Below are positions 37,560 to 50,900 of a stretch of DNA of 64,000 bases, piece after piece (the stretch's first letter is position 1; each line of letters starts with the position of its first letter). This DNA is from Eledone cirrhosa (Eukaryota). The DNA lies in the NCBI GenBank assembly GCA_964016885.1, contig CAXHJY010000096.1:2728001-2792000 (forward strand), read 5' to 3'. The notes below the pieces were generated by a model. That model searched no databases. It was not told the DNA's origin and worked only from the letters and a program-made list of their open reading frames with translations. Position numbers and translations under genes: made by a program.

Positions 37560-40500
37560 GGGGAGATAATTTGTAAAAAAAAATCAGGGGGAGATAATTT
37601 GTAAAAAAAATCAAGGGGAGATAATTTCCAGCCGTCCAAGGAGAGATAATTTTAAAAAAAATCAGGCGGAGATAATTTGTAAAAAAAAATTAGGGGGAGA
37701 TAATTTGTAAAAAAAAATCAGGGGGAGATAATTTGTAAAAAAAATCAAGGGGAGATAATTTCCAGCCGTCCAAGGGGAGATAATTTTCAGCCGTCCAAGG
37801 GGAGGTAATTTCCCGCCAGCCAAGGGAAGATAATATTCAAAAAAATCAGGCGGAGATAATTTGTAAAAAAAATCAGGGGGAGATAATTTGTAAAAAAATC
37901 AGGGGGAGATAATTTGTAAAAAAAAAAATCAGGGGGAGATAATTTGTAAAAAAAATCAGGGGGAGATAATTTGTAAAAAAAAATCAGGGGTAGATAATTT
38001 GTAAAAAAAAATCAGGGGGAGATAATTTGTAAAAAAAAATCAGGGGGAGATAATTTGTAAAAAAAATGAAAGGGGAGATAATATCCAGCCGTCCAAGGGG
38101 AGATAATTTCCAGCCGTCCAAGGGGAGATAATTTCCAGCCGTCCAAGGGGAGATAATTTCCATCCTTCCAAGGGGATATAATTTCCAGCCGTCCAAGGGG
38201 AGATAATTTCCATCCTTCCACGGGGATATAATTTCCAGCCGTCCAAGGGGAGATAATTTTCAGCCGTCCAAGGAGAGGTAATTTCTAGCCGTCCAAGGAG
38301 AGATAATTTCCAGCCGTCCAAGGGGAGATAATTTCCAGCCGTCCAAGGGGAGATAATTTCCAGCCGTCCAAGGAGACATATTTTCCAGCCGTCCAAGGAG
38401 AGGTAATTCCTAGCCGTCCAAGGGGAGATAAATTCCAGCCTCCAAGGGGAGATAATTTCCAGCCAGCCAAGGGGAGATAATTTGTAAAAAAAATCAGGGG
38501 GAGATAATTTGTAAAAAAAATCAGGGGGAGATAATTTGCAAAAAAAAATCAGGGGGAGATAATTTGTAAAAAATAATCAGGGGGAGATAATTTGTAAAAA
38601 AAATCAAGGGGAGATAATTTCCAGCCGTCCAAGGGGAGATAATTTTCAGCCGTCCAAGGGGAGATAATTTCCCGCCAGCCAAGGGAAGATAATATTTAAA
38701 AAAATTAGGCGGAGATAATTTGTAAAAAAAATCAGGGGGAGATAATTTGTAAAAAAATCAGGGGGAGATAATTTGTAAAAAAAATCAGGGGGAGATAATT
38801 TGTAAAAAAAATCAGGGGGAGATAATTTGTAAAAAAAAATCAGGGGGAGATAATTTGTAAAAAAAATCAAGGGGAGATAATTTCCAGCCGTCCAAGGGAA
38901 GATAATTTCCAGCCCTCCAAGGGGCTATAATTTCCAGCGTCCAAGGGGAGATAATTTCCAGCCAGCGAAGGGGAGATAATTTTTTTTAAAAAATCATTGG
39001 GAGATTTGTAAAAAAAATCAGGGGGAGATAATTTGTAAAAAAAATCAAGGGGAGATAATTTCCAGCCGTCCAAGGGGAGGTAATATCTAGCCGTCCAAGG
39101 GGAGATAATTTCCAGCCGTCCAAGGGGAGATAATTTCCAGCCGTCCAAGGGTAGATAATATCCAGCCGTCCAAGGACATATTTTCCAGCCGTCCAAGGAG
39201 AGGTAATTTCTAGCCGTCCAAGGGGAGATAAATTCCAGCCTCCAAGGTGAGATAATTTCCAGCCAGCCAAGGGGAGATAATTTGTAAAAAAATCAGGGGG
39301 AGATAATTTGTAAAAAAAATCAGGGGGAGATAATTTGTAAAAAAAAATCAGGGGGAGATAATTTGTAAAAAAAAATCAGGGGGAGATAATTTGTAAAAAA
39401 AAATCAGGGGGAGATAATTTGTAAAAAAATCAAGGGGAGATAATTTCCAGCCGTCCAAGGGGAGATAATTTTCAGCCGTCCAAGGGGAGATAATTTCCCG
39501 CCAGCCAAGGGAAGATAATATTTGAAAAAATCAGGCGGAGATAATTTGTAAAAAAAATCAGGGGGAGATAATTTGTAAAAAAATCAGGGGGAGATAATTT
39601 GTAAAAAAAAAATCAGGGGGAGATAATTTGTAAAAAGAATCAGGGGGAGATAATTTGTAAAAAAAAATCAGGGGTAGATAAATTGTAAAAAAAAATCAGG
39701 GGGAGATAATTTGTAAAAAAAATCAGGGGGAGATAATTTGTAAAAAAAATGAAAGGGGAGATAATATCCAGCCGTCCAAGGGGAGATAATTTCCAGCCGT
39801 CCAAGGGGAGATAATTTCCAGCCGTCCAAGGGGAGATAATTTCCATCCTTCCAAGGGGATATAATTTCCAGCCGTCCAAGGGGAGATAATTTCCCGCCAG
39901 CCAAGGGAAGATAATTTTTAAAAAAATCAGGCGGAGATTGTAAAAAAAATCAGGGGGGAGATAATTTGTAAAAAAATCAGGGGGAGATAATTTGTAAAAA
40001 AAAATCAGGGGGAGATAATTTGTAAAAAATAATCAGGGGGAGATAATTTGTAAAAAAAAATCAAGGGGAGATAATTTCCAGCCGTCCAAGGGGAGATAAT
40101 TTCCCGCCAGCCAAGGGAAGATAATATTTAAAAAAATTAGGCGGAGATAATTTGTAAAAAAAATCAGGGGGAGATAATTTGTAAAAAAATCAGGGGGAGA
40201 TAATTTGTAAAAAAAATCAGGGGGAGATAATTTGTAAAAAAATTCATGGGGAGATAATTTGTAAAAAAAAATCAGGGGTAGATAATTTGTAAAAAAAAAT
40301 CAGGGGGAGATAATTTGTAAAAAAAAATCAGGGGGAGATAATTTGTAAAAAAAATCAAGGGGAGATAATTTCCAGCCGTCCAAGGGGAGATAATTTTCAG
40401 CCGTCCAAGGAGAGGTAATTTCTAGCCGTCCAAGGGGAGATAATTTCCAGCCGTCCAAGGGGAGGTAATTTCCAGCCGTCCAAGGGGAGATAATTTAAAA

Positions 40501-41970
40501 AAAAAAATCAGGCGGAGATAATTTGTAAAAAAAATCAAGGGGAGATAATTTGCAGCCGTCCAAGGGGAGATAATTTTCAGTCGTCCAAGGAGAGGTAATT
40601 TCTAGCCGTCCAAGGGGAGATAATTGCCAGCCGTCCAAGGGGAGATAATTTCCAGCCGTCCAAGGGGAGATAATTTTTTTTAAAAAATCAGGCGGAGATA
40701 ATTTGTAAAAAAAATCAGGGGGAGATAATTTGTAAACAAAATCAGGGGGAGATAATTTGTAAAAAAAATCATGGAGAGATAATTTCCAGCCGTCCAAGGT
40801 GAGATAATTTCCAGCCGTCCAAGGAGACATATTTTCCAGCCGTCCAAGGCGAGGTAATTTCTAGCCGTCCAAGGGGAGATAAATTCCAGCCTCCAAGGGG
40901 AGATAATTTCCAGCTAGCCAAGTGGAGATAATTTGTAAAAAAATCAGGGGGAGATAATTTGTAAAAAATATCAGGGAGATAATTTGTAAAAAAAAATCAG
41001 GGGGAGATAATTTGTAAAAAAAATCAGGGGGAGATAATTTGTAAAAAAAAATCAGGGGGAGATAATTTGTAAAAAAAATCAAGGGGAGATAATTTCCAGC
41101 CGTCCAAGGGGAGATAATTTTCAGCCGTCCAAGGGGAGATAATTTCCCGCCAGCCAAGGGAAGATAATATTTAAAAAAATCAGGCGGAGATAATTTGTAA
41201 AAAAAATCAGGGGGAGATAATTTGTAAAAAAATCAGGGGGAGATAATTTGTAAAAAAAAAATCAGGGGGAGATAATTTGTAAAAAAAATCAGGGGGAGAT
41301 AATTTGTAAAAAAAAATCAGGGATAGATAATTTGTAAACAAAAATCAGGGGGAGATAATTTGTAAAAAAAAATCAGGGGGAGATAATTTGTAAAAAAAAT
41401 GAAAGGGGAGATAATATCCAGCCGTCCAAGGGGAGATAATTTCCAGCCGTCCAAGGGGATATAATTTCCAGCCGTCCAAGGGGAGATAATTTCCATCCTT
41501 CCAAGGGGATATAATTTCCAGCCGTCCAAGGGGAGATAATTTCCCGCCAGCCAAGGGAAGATAATTTTTAAAAAAATCAGGCGGAGATTGTAAAAAAAAT
41601 CAGGGGGGAGATAATTTGTAAAAAAATCAGGGGGAGATAATTTGTAAAAAATAATCAGGGGGAGATAATTTGTAAAAAAATTCAAGGGGAGATAATTTCC
41701 AGCCGTCCAAGGGGAGATAATTTCCCGCCAGCCAAGGGAAGATAATATTTAAAAAAATTAGGCGGAGATAATTTGTAAAAAAATCAGGGGGAGATAATTT
41801 GTAAAAAAATCAGGGGGAGATAATTTGTAAAAAAAATCAGGGGGAGATAATTTGTAAAAAAAATCATGGGGAGATAATTTGTAAAAAAAAATCAGGAGTA
41901 GATAATTTGTAAAAAAAAATCAGGGGGAGATAATTTGTAAAAAAAAATCAGGGGGAGATAATTTGTAAAA
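37560..41970 (+). repeat. Long-range copy of ~8040-12475 (offset 29,524, then 29,496 after loss of one 28-bp A monomer)
   Basis: Offsets 8460->37984 and 10116->39640 (29524); 11365->40861 and 11821->41317 (29496). Shared variants CCTTCCACGGGG, TATTTGAAAAAA, CCAGCTAGCC, GGGATAGA, CAGGAGTAGA. Confidence 0.85.
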
Positions 41971-44900
41971 AAAATCAAGGGGAGATAATATCCAGCCGTC
42001 CAAGGAGAGATAATTTAAAAAAAAAATGAGGCGGAGATAATTTGTAAAAAAAAAATCAGGGGGAGTTAATTTGTAAAAAAAAATGAGGGGGAGATAATTT
42101 GTAAAAAAAATCAAGGGGAGATAATTTCCAGCCGTCCAAGGGGAGATAATTTTCAGCCGTCCAAGGAGAGGTAATTTCTAGCCGTCCAAGGGGAGATAAT
42201 TTCCAGCCGTCCAAGGGGAGGTAATTTCCAGCCGTCCAAGGGGAGATAATTTTAAAAAAAAAATCAGGCGGAGATAATTTGTAAAAAAAATCAAGGGGAG
42301 ATAATTTGCAGCCGTCCAAGGGGAGATAATTTTCAGTCGTCCAAGGAGAGGTAATTTCTAGCCGTCCAAGGGGAGATAATTTCCAGCCGTCCAAGGGGAG
42401 ATAATTTCCAGCCGTCCAAGGGGAGATAATTTTTTTTAAAAAATCAGGCGGAGATAATTTGTAAAAAAAATCAGGGGGAGATAATTTGTAAACAAAATCA
42501 GGGGGAGATAATTTGTAAAAAAAAATCAGGGGGAGATAATTTGTAAAAAAAATTAGGCGTAGATAATTTGTAAAAAAAAATCAGGGGGAGATAATTTGTA
42601 AAAAAAAATCAGGGGGAGATAATTTGTTTAAAAAATCAAGGGGAGATAATTTGCAGCCGTCCAAGGGGAGATAATTTTCAGCCGTCCAAGGAGAGGTAAT
42701 TTCTAGCCGTTCAAGGGGAGATAATTTCCAGCCGTCCAAGGGGAGATAATTTCCAGCCGTCCAAGGGGAGATAATTTTTTTTTAAAAATCAGGCGGAGAT
42801 AATTTGTAAAAAAAAATCAGGGGGAGATAATTCGTAAAAAAAATCAGGGGGAGATAATTTGTAAAAAAAAATCAGGGGGAGATAATTTGTAAAAAAAATC
42901 AAGGGGAGATAATTTCCAGCCGTCCAAGGGGAGGTAATATCTAGCCGTCCAAGGGGAGATAATTTCCAGCCGTCCAAGGGGAGATAATTTCCAGCCGTCC
43001 AAGGGGAGATAATTTCCAGCCGTCCAAGGAGACATATTTTCCAGCCGTCCAAGGCGAGGTAATTTCTAGCCGTCCAAGGGGAGATTAATTCCAGCCTCCA
43101 AGGGGAGATAATTTCCAGCCAGCCAAGGGGAGATAATTTGTAAAAAAATCAGGGGGAGATAATTTGTAAAAAATATCAGGGAGATAATTTGTAAAAAAAA
43201 ATCAGGGGGAGATAATTTGTAAAAAAAATCAGGGGGAGATAATTTGTAAAAAAAAATCAGGGGGAGATAATTTGTAAAAAAAATCAAGGGGAGATAATTT
43301 CCAGCCGTCCAAGGGGAGATAATTTTCAGCCGTCCAAGGAGAGGTAATTTCTAATCCGTCCGAGGAGAGATAATTTCCAGCCGTCCAAGGGGAGATAATT
43401 TCCAGCCGTCCAAGGGGAGATAATTTCCAGCCGTCCAAGGAGACATATTTTCCAGCCGTCCAAGGAGAGGTAATTTCTAGCCGTCCAAGGGGAGATAAAT
43501 TCCAGCCTCCAAGGGGAGATAATTTCCAGCCAGCCAAGGGGAGATAATTTGTAAAAAAATCAGGGGGAGATAATTTGCAAAAAAAATCAGGGGGAGATAA
43601 TTTGTAAAAAAAATCAGGGGGAGATAATTTGTAAAAAATAATCAGGGGGAGATAATTTCCAGCCGTCCAAGGGAAGATAATTTCCAGCCCTCCAAGGGGC
43701 TATAATTTCCAGTGTCCAAGGGGAGATAATTTCCAGCCAGCGAAGGGGAGATAATTTTTTTTAAAAAATCATTGGGAGATTTGTAAAAAAAATCAGGGGG
43801 AGATAATTTGTAAAAAAAATCAAGGGGAGATAATTTCCAGCCGTCCAAGGGGAGGTAATATCTAGCCGTCCAAGGGTAGATAATTTCCAGCCGTCCAACG
43901 GGAGATAATTTCCAGCCGTCCAAGGGTAGATAATATCCAGCCGCCCAAGGACATATTTTCCAGCCGTCCAAGGAGAGGTAATTTCTAGCCGTCCAAGGGG
44001 AGATAATTTCCAGCCGTCCAAGGGTAGATAATATCCAGCCGTCCAAGGACATATTTTCCAGCCGTCCAAGGAGAGGTAATTTCTAGCCGTCCAAGGGGAG
44101 ATAAATTCCAGCCTCCAAGGGGAGATAATTTCCAGCCAGCCAAGGGGAGATAATTTGTAAAAAAATCAGGGGGAGATAATTTGTAAAAAAAATCAGGGGG
44201 AGATAATTTGTAAAAAAAAATCAGGGGGAGATAATTTGTAAAAAAAAATCAGGGTGAGATAATTTGCAAAAAAAATCAGGGGGAGATAATTTGTAAAAAA
44301 AAATCAGGGGTAGATAATTTGTAAAAAAAAATCAGGGGGAGATAATTTGTAAAAAAAAATCAGGGGGAGATAATTTGTAAAAAAAATCAAGGGGAGATAA
44401 TTTCCAGCCGTCCAAGGAGAGATAATTTAAAAAAAAATCAGGCGGAGATAATTTGTAAAAAAAAATCAGGGGGAGATAATTTGTAAAAAAAATCAGGGGG
44501 AGATAATTTGTAAAAAAAAATCAGGGGTAGATAATTTGTAAAAAAAAATCAGGGGGAGATAATTTGTAAAAAAAAATCAGGAGGAGATAATTTGTAAAAA
44601 AAATCAAGGGGAGATAATTTCCAGCCGTCCAAGGAGAGATAATTTAAAAAAAAATCAGGCGGAGATAATTTGTAAAAAAAAATCAGGGGGAGATAATTTG
44701 TAAAAAAAAATCAGGGGGAGATAATTTGTAAAAAAAATCAAGGGGAGATAATTTCCAGCCGTCCAAGGGGAGATAATTTTCAGCCGTCCAAGGGGAGATA
44801 ATTTCCAGCCAGCGAAGGGGAGATAATTTTTTTTAAAAAATCATTGGGAGATTTGTAAAAAAAATCAGGGGGAGATAATTTGTAAAAAAAATCAAGGGGA

Positions 44901-47900
44901 GATAATTTCCAGCCGTCCAAGGGGAGGTAATATCTAGCCGTCCAAGGGGAGATAATTTCCAGCCGTCCAAGGGGAGATAATTTCCAGCCGTCCCAGGGTA
45001 GATAATATCCAGCCGCCCAAGGACATATTTTCCAGCCGTCCAAGGAGAGGTAATTTCTAGCCGTCCAAGGGGAGATAAATTCCAGCCTCCAAGGGGAGAT
45101 AATTTCCAGCCAGCCAAGGGGAGATAATTTGTAAAAAAATCAGGGGGAGATAATTTGTAAAAAAAATCAGGGGGAGATAATTTGTAAAAAAAAATCAGGG
45201 GGAGATAATTTGTAAAAAAAAATCAGGGGGAGATAATTTGCAAAAAAAATCAGGGGGAGATAATTTGTAAAAAAAAATCAGGGGTAGATAATTTGTAAAA
45301 AAAAATCAGGGGGAGATAATTTGTAAAAAAAAATCAGGGGGAGATAATTTGTAAAAAAAATCAAGGGGAGATAATTTCCAGCCGTCCAAGGAGAGATAAT
45401 TTTAAAAAAAATCAGGCGGAGATAATTTGTAAAAAAAAATCAGGGGGAGATAATTTGTAAAAAAAATCAGGGGGAGATAATTTGTAAAAAAAAATCAGGG
45501 GTAGATAATTTGTAAAAAAAAATCAGGGGGAGATAATTTGTAAAAAAAAATCAGTGGGAGATAATTTGTAAAAAAAATCAAGGGGAGATAATTTCCAGCC
45601 GTCCAAGGAGAGATAATTTTAAAAAAAATCAGGCGGAGATAATTTGTAAAAAAAAATTAGGGGGAGATAATTTGTAAAAAAAAATCAGGGGGAGATAATT
45701 TGTAAAAAAAATCAAGGGGAGATAATTTCCAGCCGTCCAAGGGGAGATAATTTTCAGCCGTCCAAGGGGAGATAATTTCCCGCCAGCCAAGGGAAGATAA
45801 TATTCAAAAAAATCAGGCGGAGATAATTTGTAAAAAAAATCAGGGGGAGATAATTTGTAAAAAAATCAGGGGGAGATAATTTGTAAAAAAAAAAATCAGG
45901 GGGAGATAATTTGTAAAAAAAATCAGGGGGAGATAATTTGTAAAAAAAAATCAGGGGTAGATAATTTGTAAAAAAAAATCAGGGGGAGATAATTTGTAAA
46001 AAAAAATCAGGGGGAGATAATTTGTAAAAAAAATGAAAGGGGAGATAATATCCAGCCGTCCAAGGGGAGATAATTTCCAGCCGTCCAAGGGGAGATAATT
46101 TCCAGCCCTCCAAGGGGAGATAATTTCCATCCTTCCAAGGGGATATAATTTCCAGCCGTCCAAGGGGAGATAATTTCCATCCTTCCAAGGGGATATAATT
46201 TCCAGCCGTCCAAGGGGAGATAATTTTCAGCCGTCCAAGGAGAGGTAATTTCTAGCCGTCCAAGGAGAGATAATTTCCAGCCGTCCAAGGGGAGATAATT
46301 TCCAGCCGTCCAAGGGGAGATAATTTCCAGCCGTCCAAGGAGACATATTTTCCAGCCGTCCAAGGAGAGGTAATTCCTAGCCGTCCAAGGGGAGATAAAT
46401 TCCAGCCTCCAAGGGGAGATAATTTCCAGCCAGCCAAGGGGAGATAATTTGTAAAAAAAATCAGGGGGAGATAATTTGTAAAAAAAATCAGGGGGAGATA
46501 ATTTGTAAAAAAAAATCAGGGGGAGATAATTTGTAAAAAATAATCAGGGGGAGATAATTTGTAAAAAAAATCAAGGGGAGATAATTTCCAGCCGTCCAAG
46601 GGGAGATAATTTTCAGCCGTCCAAGGGGAGATAATTTCCCGCCAGCCAAGGGAAGATAATATTTAAAAAAATTAGGCGGAGATAATTTGTAAAAAAAATC
46701 AGGGGGAGATAATTTGTAAAAAAATCAGGGGGAGATAATTTGTAAAAAAAATCAGGGGGAGATAATTTGTAAAAAAAATCAGGGGGAGATAATTTGTAAA
46801 AAAAAATCAGGGGGAGATAATTTGTAAAAAAAATCAAGGGGAGATAATTTCCAGCCGTCCAAGGGAAGATAATTTCCAGCCCTCCAAGGGGCTATAATTT
46901 CCAGCGTCCAAGGGGAGATAATTTCCAGCCAGCGAAGGGGAGATAATTTTTTTTAAAAAATCATTGGGAGATTTGTAAAAAAAATCAGGGGGAGATAATT
47001 TGTAAAAAAAATCAAGGGGAGATAATTTCCAGCCGTCCAAGGGGAGGTAATATCTAGCCGTCCAAGGGGAGATAATTTCCAGCCGTCCAAGGGGAGATAA
47101 TTTCCAGCCGTCCAAGGGTAGATAATATCCAGCCGTCCAAGGACATATTTTCCAGCCGTCCAAGGAGAGGTAATTTCTAGCCGTCCAAGGGGAGATAAAT
47201 TCCAGCCTCCAAGGTGAGATAATTTCCAGCCAGCCAAGGGGAGATAATTTGTAAAAAAATCAGGGGGAGATAATTTGTAAAAAAAATCAGGGGGAGATAA
47301 TTTGTAAAAAAAAATCAGGGGGAGATAATTTGTAAAAAAAAATCAGGGGGAGATAATTTGTAAAAAAAAATCAGGGTGAGATAATTTGCAAAAAAAATCA
47401 GGGGGAGATAATTTGTAAAAAAAAATCAGGGGTAGATAATTTGTAAAAAAAAATCAGGGGGAGATAATTTGTAAAAAAAAGTCAGGGGGAGATAATTTGT
47501 AAAAAAAATCAAGGGGAGATAATTTCCAGCCGTCCAAGGAGAGATAATTTAAAAAAAAATCAGGCGGAGATAATTTGTAAAAAAAAATCAGGGGGAGATA
47601 ATTTGTAAAAAAAAATCAGGGGGAGATAATTTGTAAAAAAAATCAAGGGGAGATAATTTCCAGCCGTCCAAGGGGAGATAATTTTCAGCCGTCCAAGGGG
47701 AGATAATTTCCAGCCAGCGAAGGGGAGATAATTTTTTTTAAAAAATCATTGGGAGATTTGTAAAAAAAATCAGGGGGAGATAATTTGTAAAAAAAATCAA
47801 GGGGAGATAATTTCCAGCCGTCCAATGGGAGGTAATATCTAGCCGTCCAAGGGGAGATAATTTCCAGCCGTCCAAGGGGAGATAATTTCCAGCCGTCCCA

Positions 47901-50900
47901 GGGTAGATAATATCCAGCCGCCCAAGGACATATTTTCCAGCCGTCCAAGGAGAGGTAATTTCTAGCCGTCCAAGGGGAGATAAATTCCAGCCTCCAAGGG
48001 GAGATAATTTCCAGCCAGCCAAGGGGAGATAATTTGTAAAAAAATCAGGGGGAGATAATTTGTAAAAAAAATCAGGGGGAGATAATTTGTAAAAAAAAAT
48101 CAGGGGGAGATAATTTGTAAAAAAAAATCAGGGGGAGATAATTTGCAAAAAAAATCAGGGGGAGATAATTTGTAAAAAAAATCAGGGGGAGATAATTTGT
48201 AAAAAAAATGAAAGGGGAGATAATATCCAGCCGTCCAAGGGGAGATAATTTCCAGCCGTCCAAGGGGAGATAATTTCCAGCCGTCCAAGGGGAGATAATT
48301 TCCATCCTTCCAAGGGGATATAATTTCCAGCCGTCCAAGGGGAGATAATTTCCCGCCAGCCAAGGGAAGATAATTTTTAAAAAAATCAGGCGGAGATTGT
48401 AAAAAAAATCAGGGGGGAGATAATTTGTAAAAAAATCAGGGGGAGATAATTTGTAAAAAAAAATCAGGGGGAGATAATTTGTAAAAAATAATCAGGGGGA
48501 GATAATTTGTAAAAAAAAATCAAGGGGAGATAATTTCCAGCCGTCCAAGGGGAGATAATTTCCCGCCAGCCAAGGGAAGATAATATTTAAAAAAATTAGG
48601 CGGAGATAATTTGTAAAAAAAATCAGGGGGAGATAATTTGTAAAAAAATCAGGGGGAGATAATTTGTAAAAAAAATCAGGGGGAGATAATTTGTAAAAAA
48701 ATTCATGGGGAGATAATTTGTAAAAAAAAATCAGGGGTAGATAATTTGTAAAAAAAAATCAGGGGGAGATAATTTGTAAAAAAAAATCAGGGGGAGATAA
48801 TTTGTAAAAAAAATCAAGGGGAGATAATTTCCAGCCGTCCAAGGGGAGATAATTTTCAGCCGTCCAAGGAGAGGTAATTTCTAGCCGTCCAAGGGGAGAT
48901 AATTTCCAGCCGTCCAAGGGGAGGTAATTTCCAGCCGTCCAAGGGGAGATAATTTAAAAAAAAAATCAGGCGGAGATAATTTGTAAAAAAAATCAAGGGG
49001 AGATAATTTGCAGCCGTCCAAGGGGAGATAATTTTCAGTCGTCCAAGGAGAGGTAATTTCTAGCCGTCCAAGGGGAGATAATTGCCAGCCGTCCAAGGGG
49101 AGATAATTTCCAGCCGTCCAAGGGGAGATAATTTTTTTTAAAAAATCAGGCGGAGATAATTTGTAAAAAAAATCAGGGGGAGATAATTTGTAAACAAAAT
49201 CAGGGGGAGATAATTTGTAAAAAAAAATCAGGGGGAGATAATTTGTAAAAGAAATCATGGAGAGATAATTTCCAGCCGTCCAAGGTGAGATAATTTCCAG
49301 CCGTCCAAGGAGACATATTTTCCAGCCGTCCAAGGCGAGGTAATTTCTAGCCGTCCAAGGGGAGATAAATTCCAGCCTCCAAGGGGAGATAATTTCCAGC
49401 TAGCCAAGTGGAGATAATTTGTAAAAAAATCAGGGGGAGATAATTTGTAAAAAATATCAGGGAGATAATTTGTAAAAAAAAATCAGGGGGAGATAATTTG
49501 TAAAAAAAATCAGGGGGAGATAATTTGTAAAAAAAAATCAGGGGGAGATAATTTGTAAAAAAAATCAAGGGGAGATAATTTCCAGCCGTCCAAGGGGAGA
49601 TAATTTTCAGCCGTCCAAGGGGAGATAATTTCCCGCCAGCCAAGGGAAGATAATATTTAAAAAAATCAGGCGGAGATAATTTGTAAAAAAAATCAGGGGG
49701 AGATAATTTGTAAAAAAATCAGGGGGAGATAATTTGTAAAAAAAAAATCAGGGGGAGATAATTTGTAAAAAAAATCAGGGGGAGATAATTTGTAAAAAAA
49801 AATCAGGGATAGATAATTTGTAAACAAAAATCAGGGGGAGATAATTTGTAAAAAAAAATCAGGGGGAGATAATTTGTAAAAAAAATGAAAGGGGAGATAA
49901 TATCCAGCCGTCCAAGGGGAGATAATTTCCAGCCGTCCAAGGGGATATAATTTCCAGCCGTCCAAGGGGAGATAATTTCCATCCTTCCAAGGGGATATAA
50001 TTTCCAGCCGTCCAAGGGGAGATAATTTCCCGCCAGCCAAGGGAAGATAATTTTTAAAAAAATCAGGCGGAGATTGTAAAAAAAATCAGGGGGGAGATAA
50101 TTTGTAAAAAAATCAGGGGGAGATAATTTGTAAAAAATAATCAGGGGGAGATAATTTGTAAAAAAATTCAAGGGGAGATAATTTCCAGCCGTCCAAGGGG
50201 AGATAATTTCCCGCCAGCCAAGGGAAGATAATATTTAAAAAAATTAGGCGGAGATAATTTGTAAAAAAATCAGGGGGAGATAATTTGTAAAAAAATCAGG
50301 GGGAGATAATTTGTAAAAAAAATCAGGGGGAGATAATTTGTAAAAAAAATCATGGGGAGATAATTTGTAAAAAAAAATCAGGAGTAGATAATTTGTAAAA
50401 AAAAATCAGGGGGAGATAATTTGTAAAAAAAAATCAGGGGGAGATAATTTGTAAAAAAAATCAAGGGGAGATAATATCCAGCCGTCCAAGGAGAGATAAT
50501 TTAAAAAAAAAATGAGGCGGAGATAATTTGTAAAAAAAAAATCAGGGGGAGTTAATTTGTAAAAAAAAATGAGGGGGAGATAATTTGTAAAAAAAATCAA
50601 GGGGAGATAATTTCCAGCCGTCCAAGGGGAGATAATTTTCAGCCGTCCAAGGAGAGGTAATTTCTAGCCGTCCAAGGGGAGATAATTTCCAGCCGTCCAA
50701 GGGGAGGTAATTTCCAGCCGTCCAAGGGGAGATAATTTTAAAAAAAAATCAGGCGGAGATAATTTGTAAAAAAAATCAAGGGGAGATAATTTGCAGCCGT
50801 CCAAGGGGAGATAATTTTCAGTCGTCCAAGGAGAGGTAATTTCTAGCCGTCCAAGGGGAGATAATTTCCAGCCGTCCAAGGGGAGATAATTTCCAGCCGT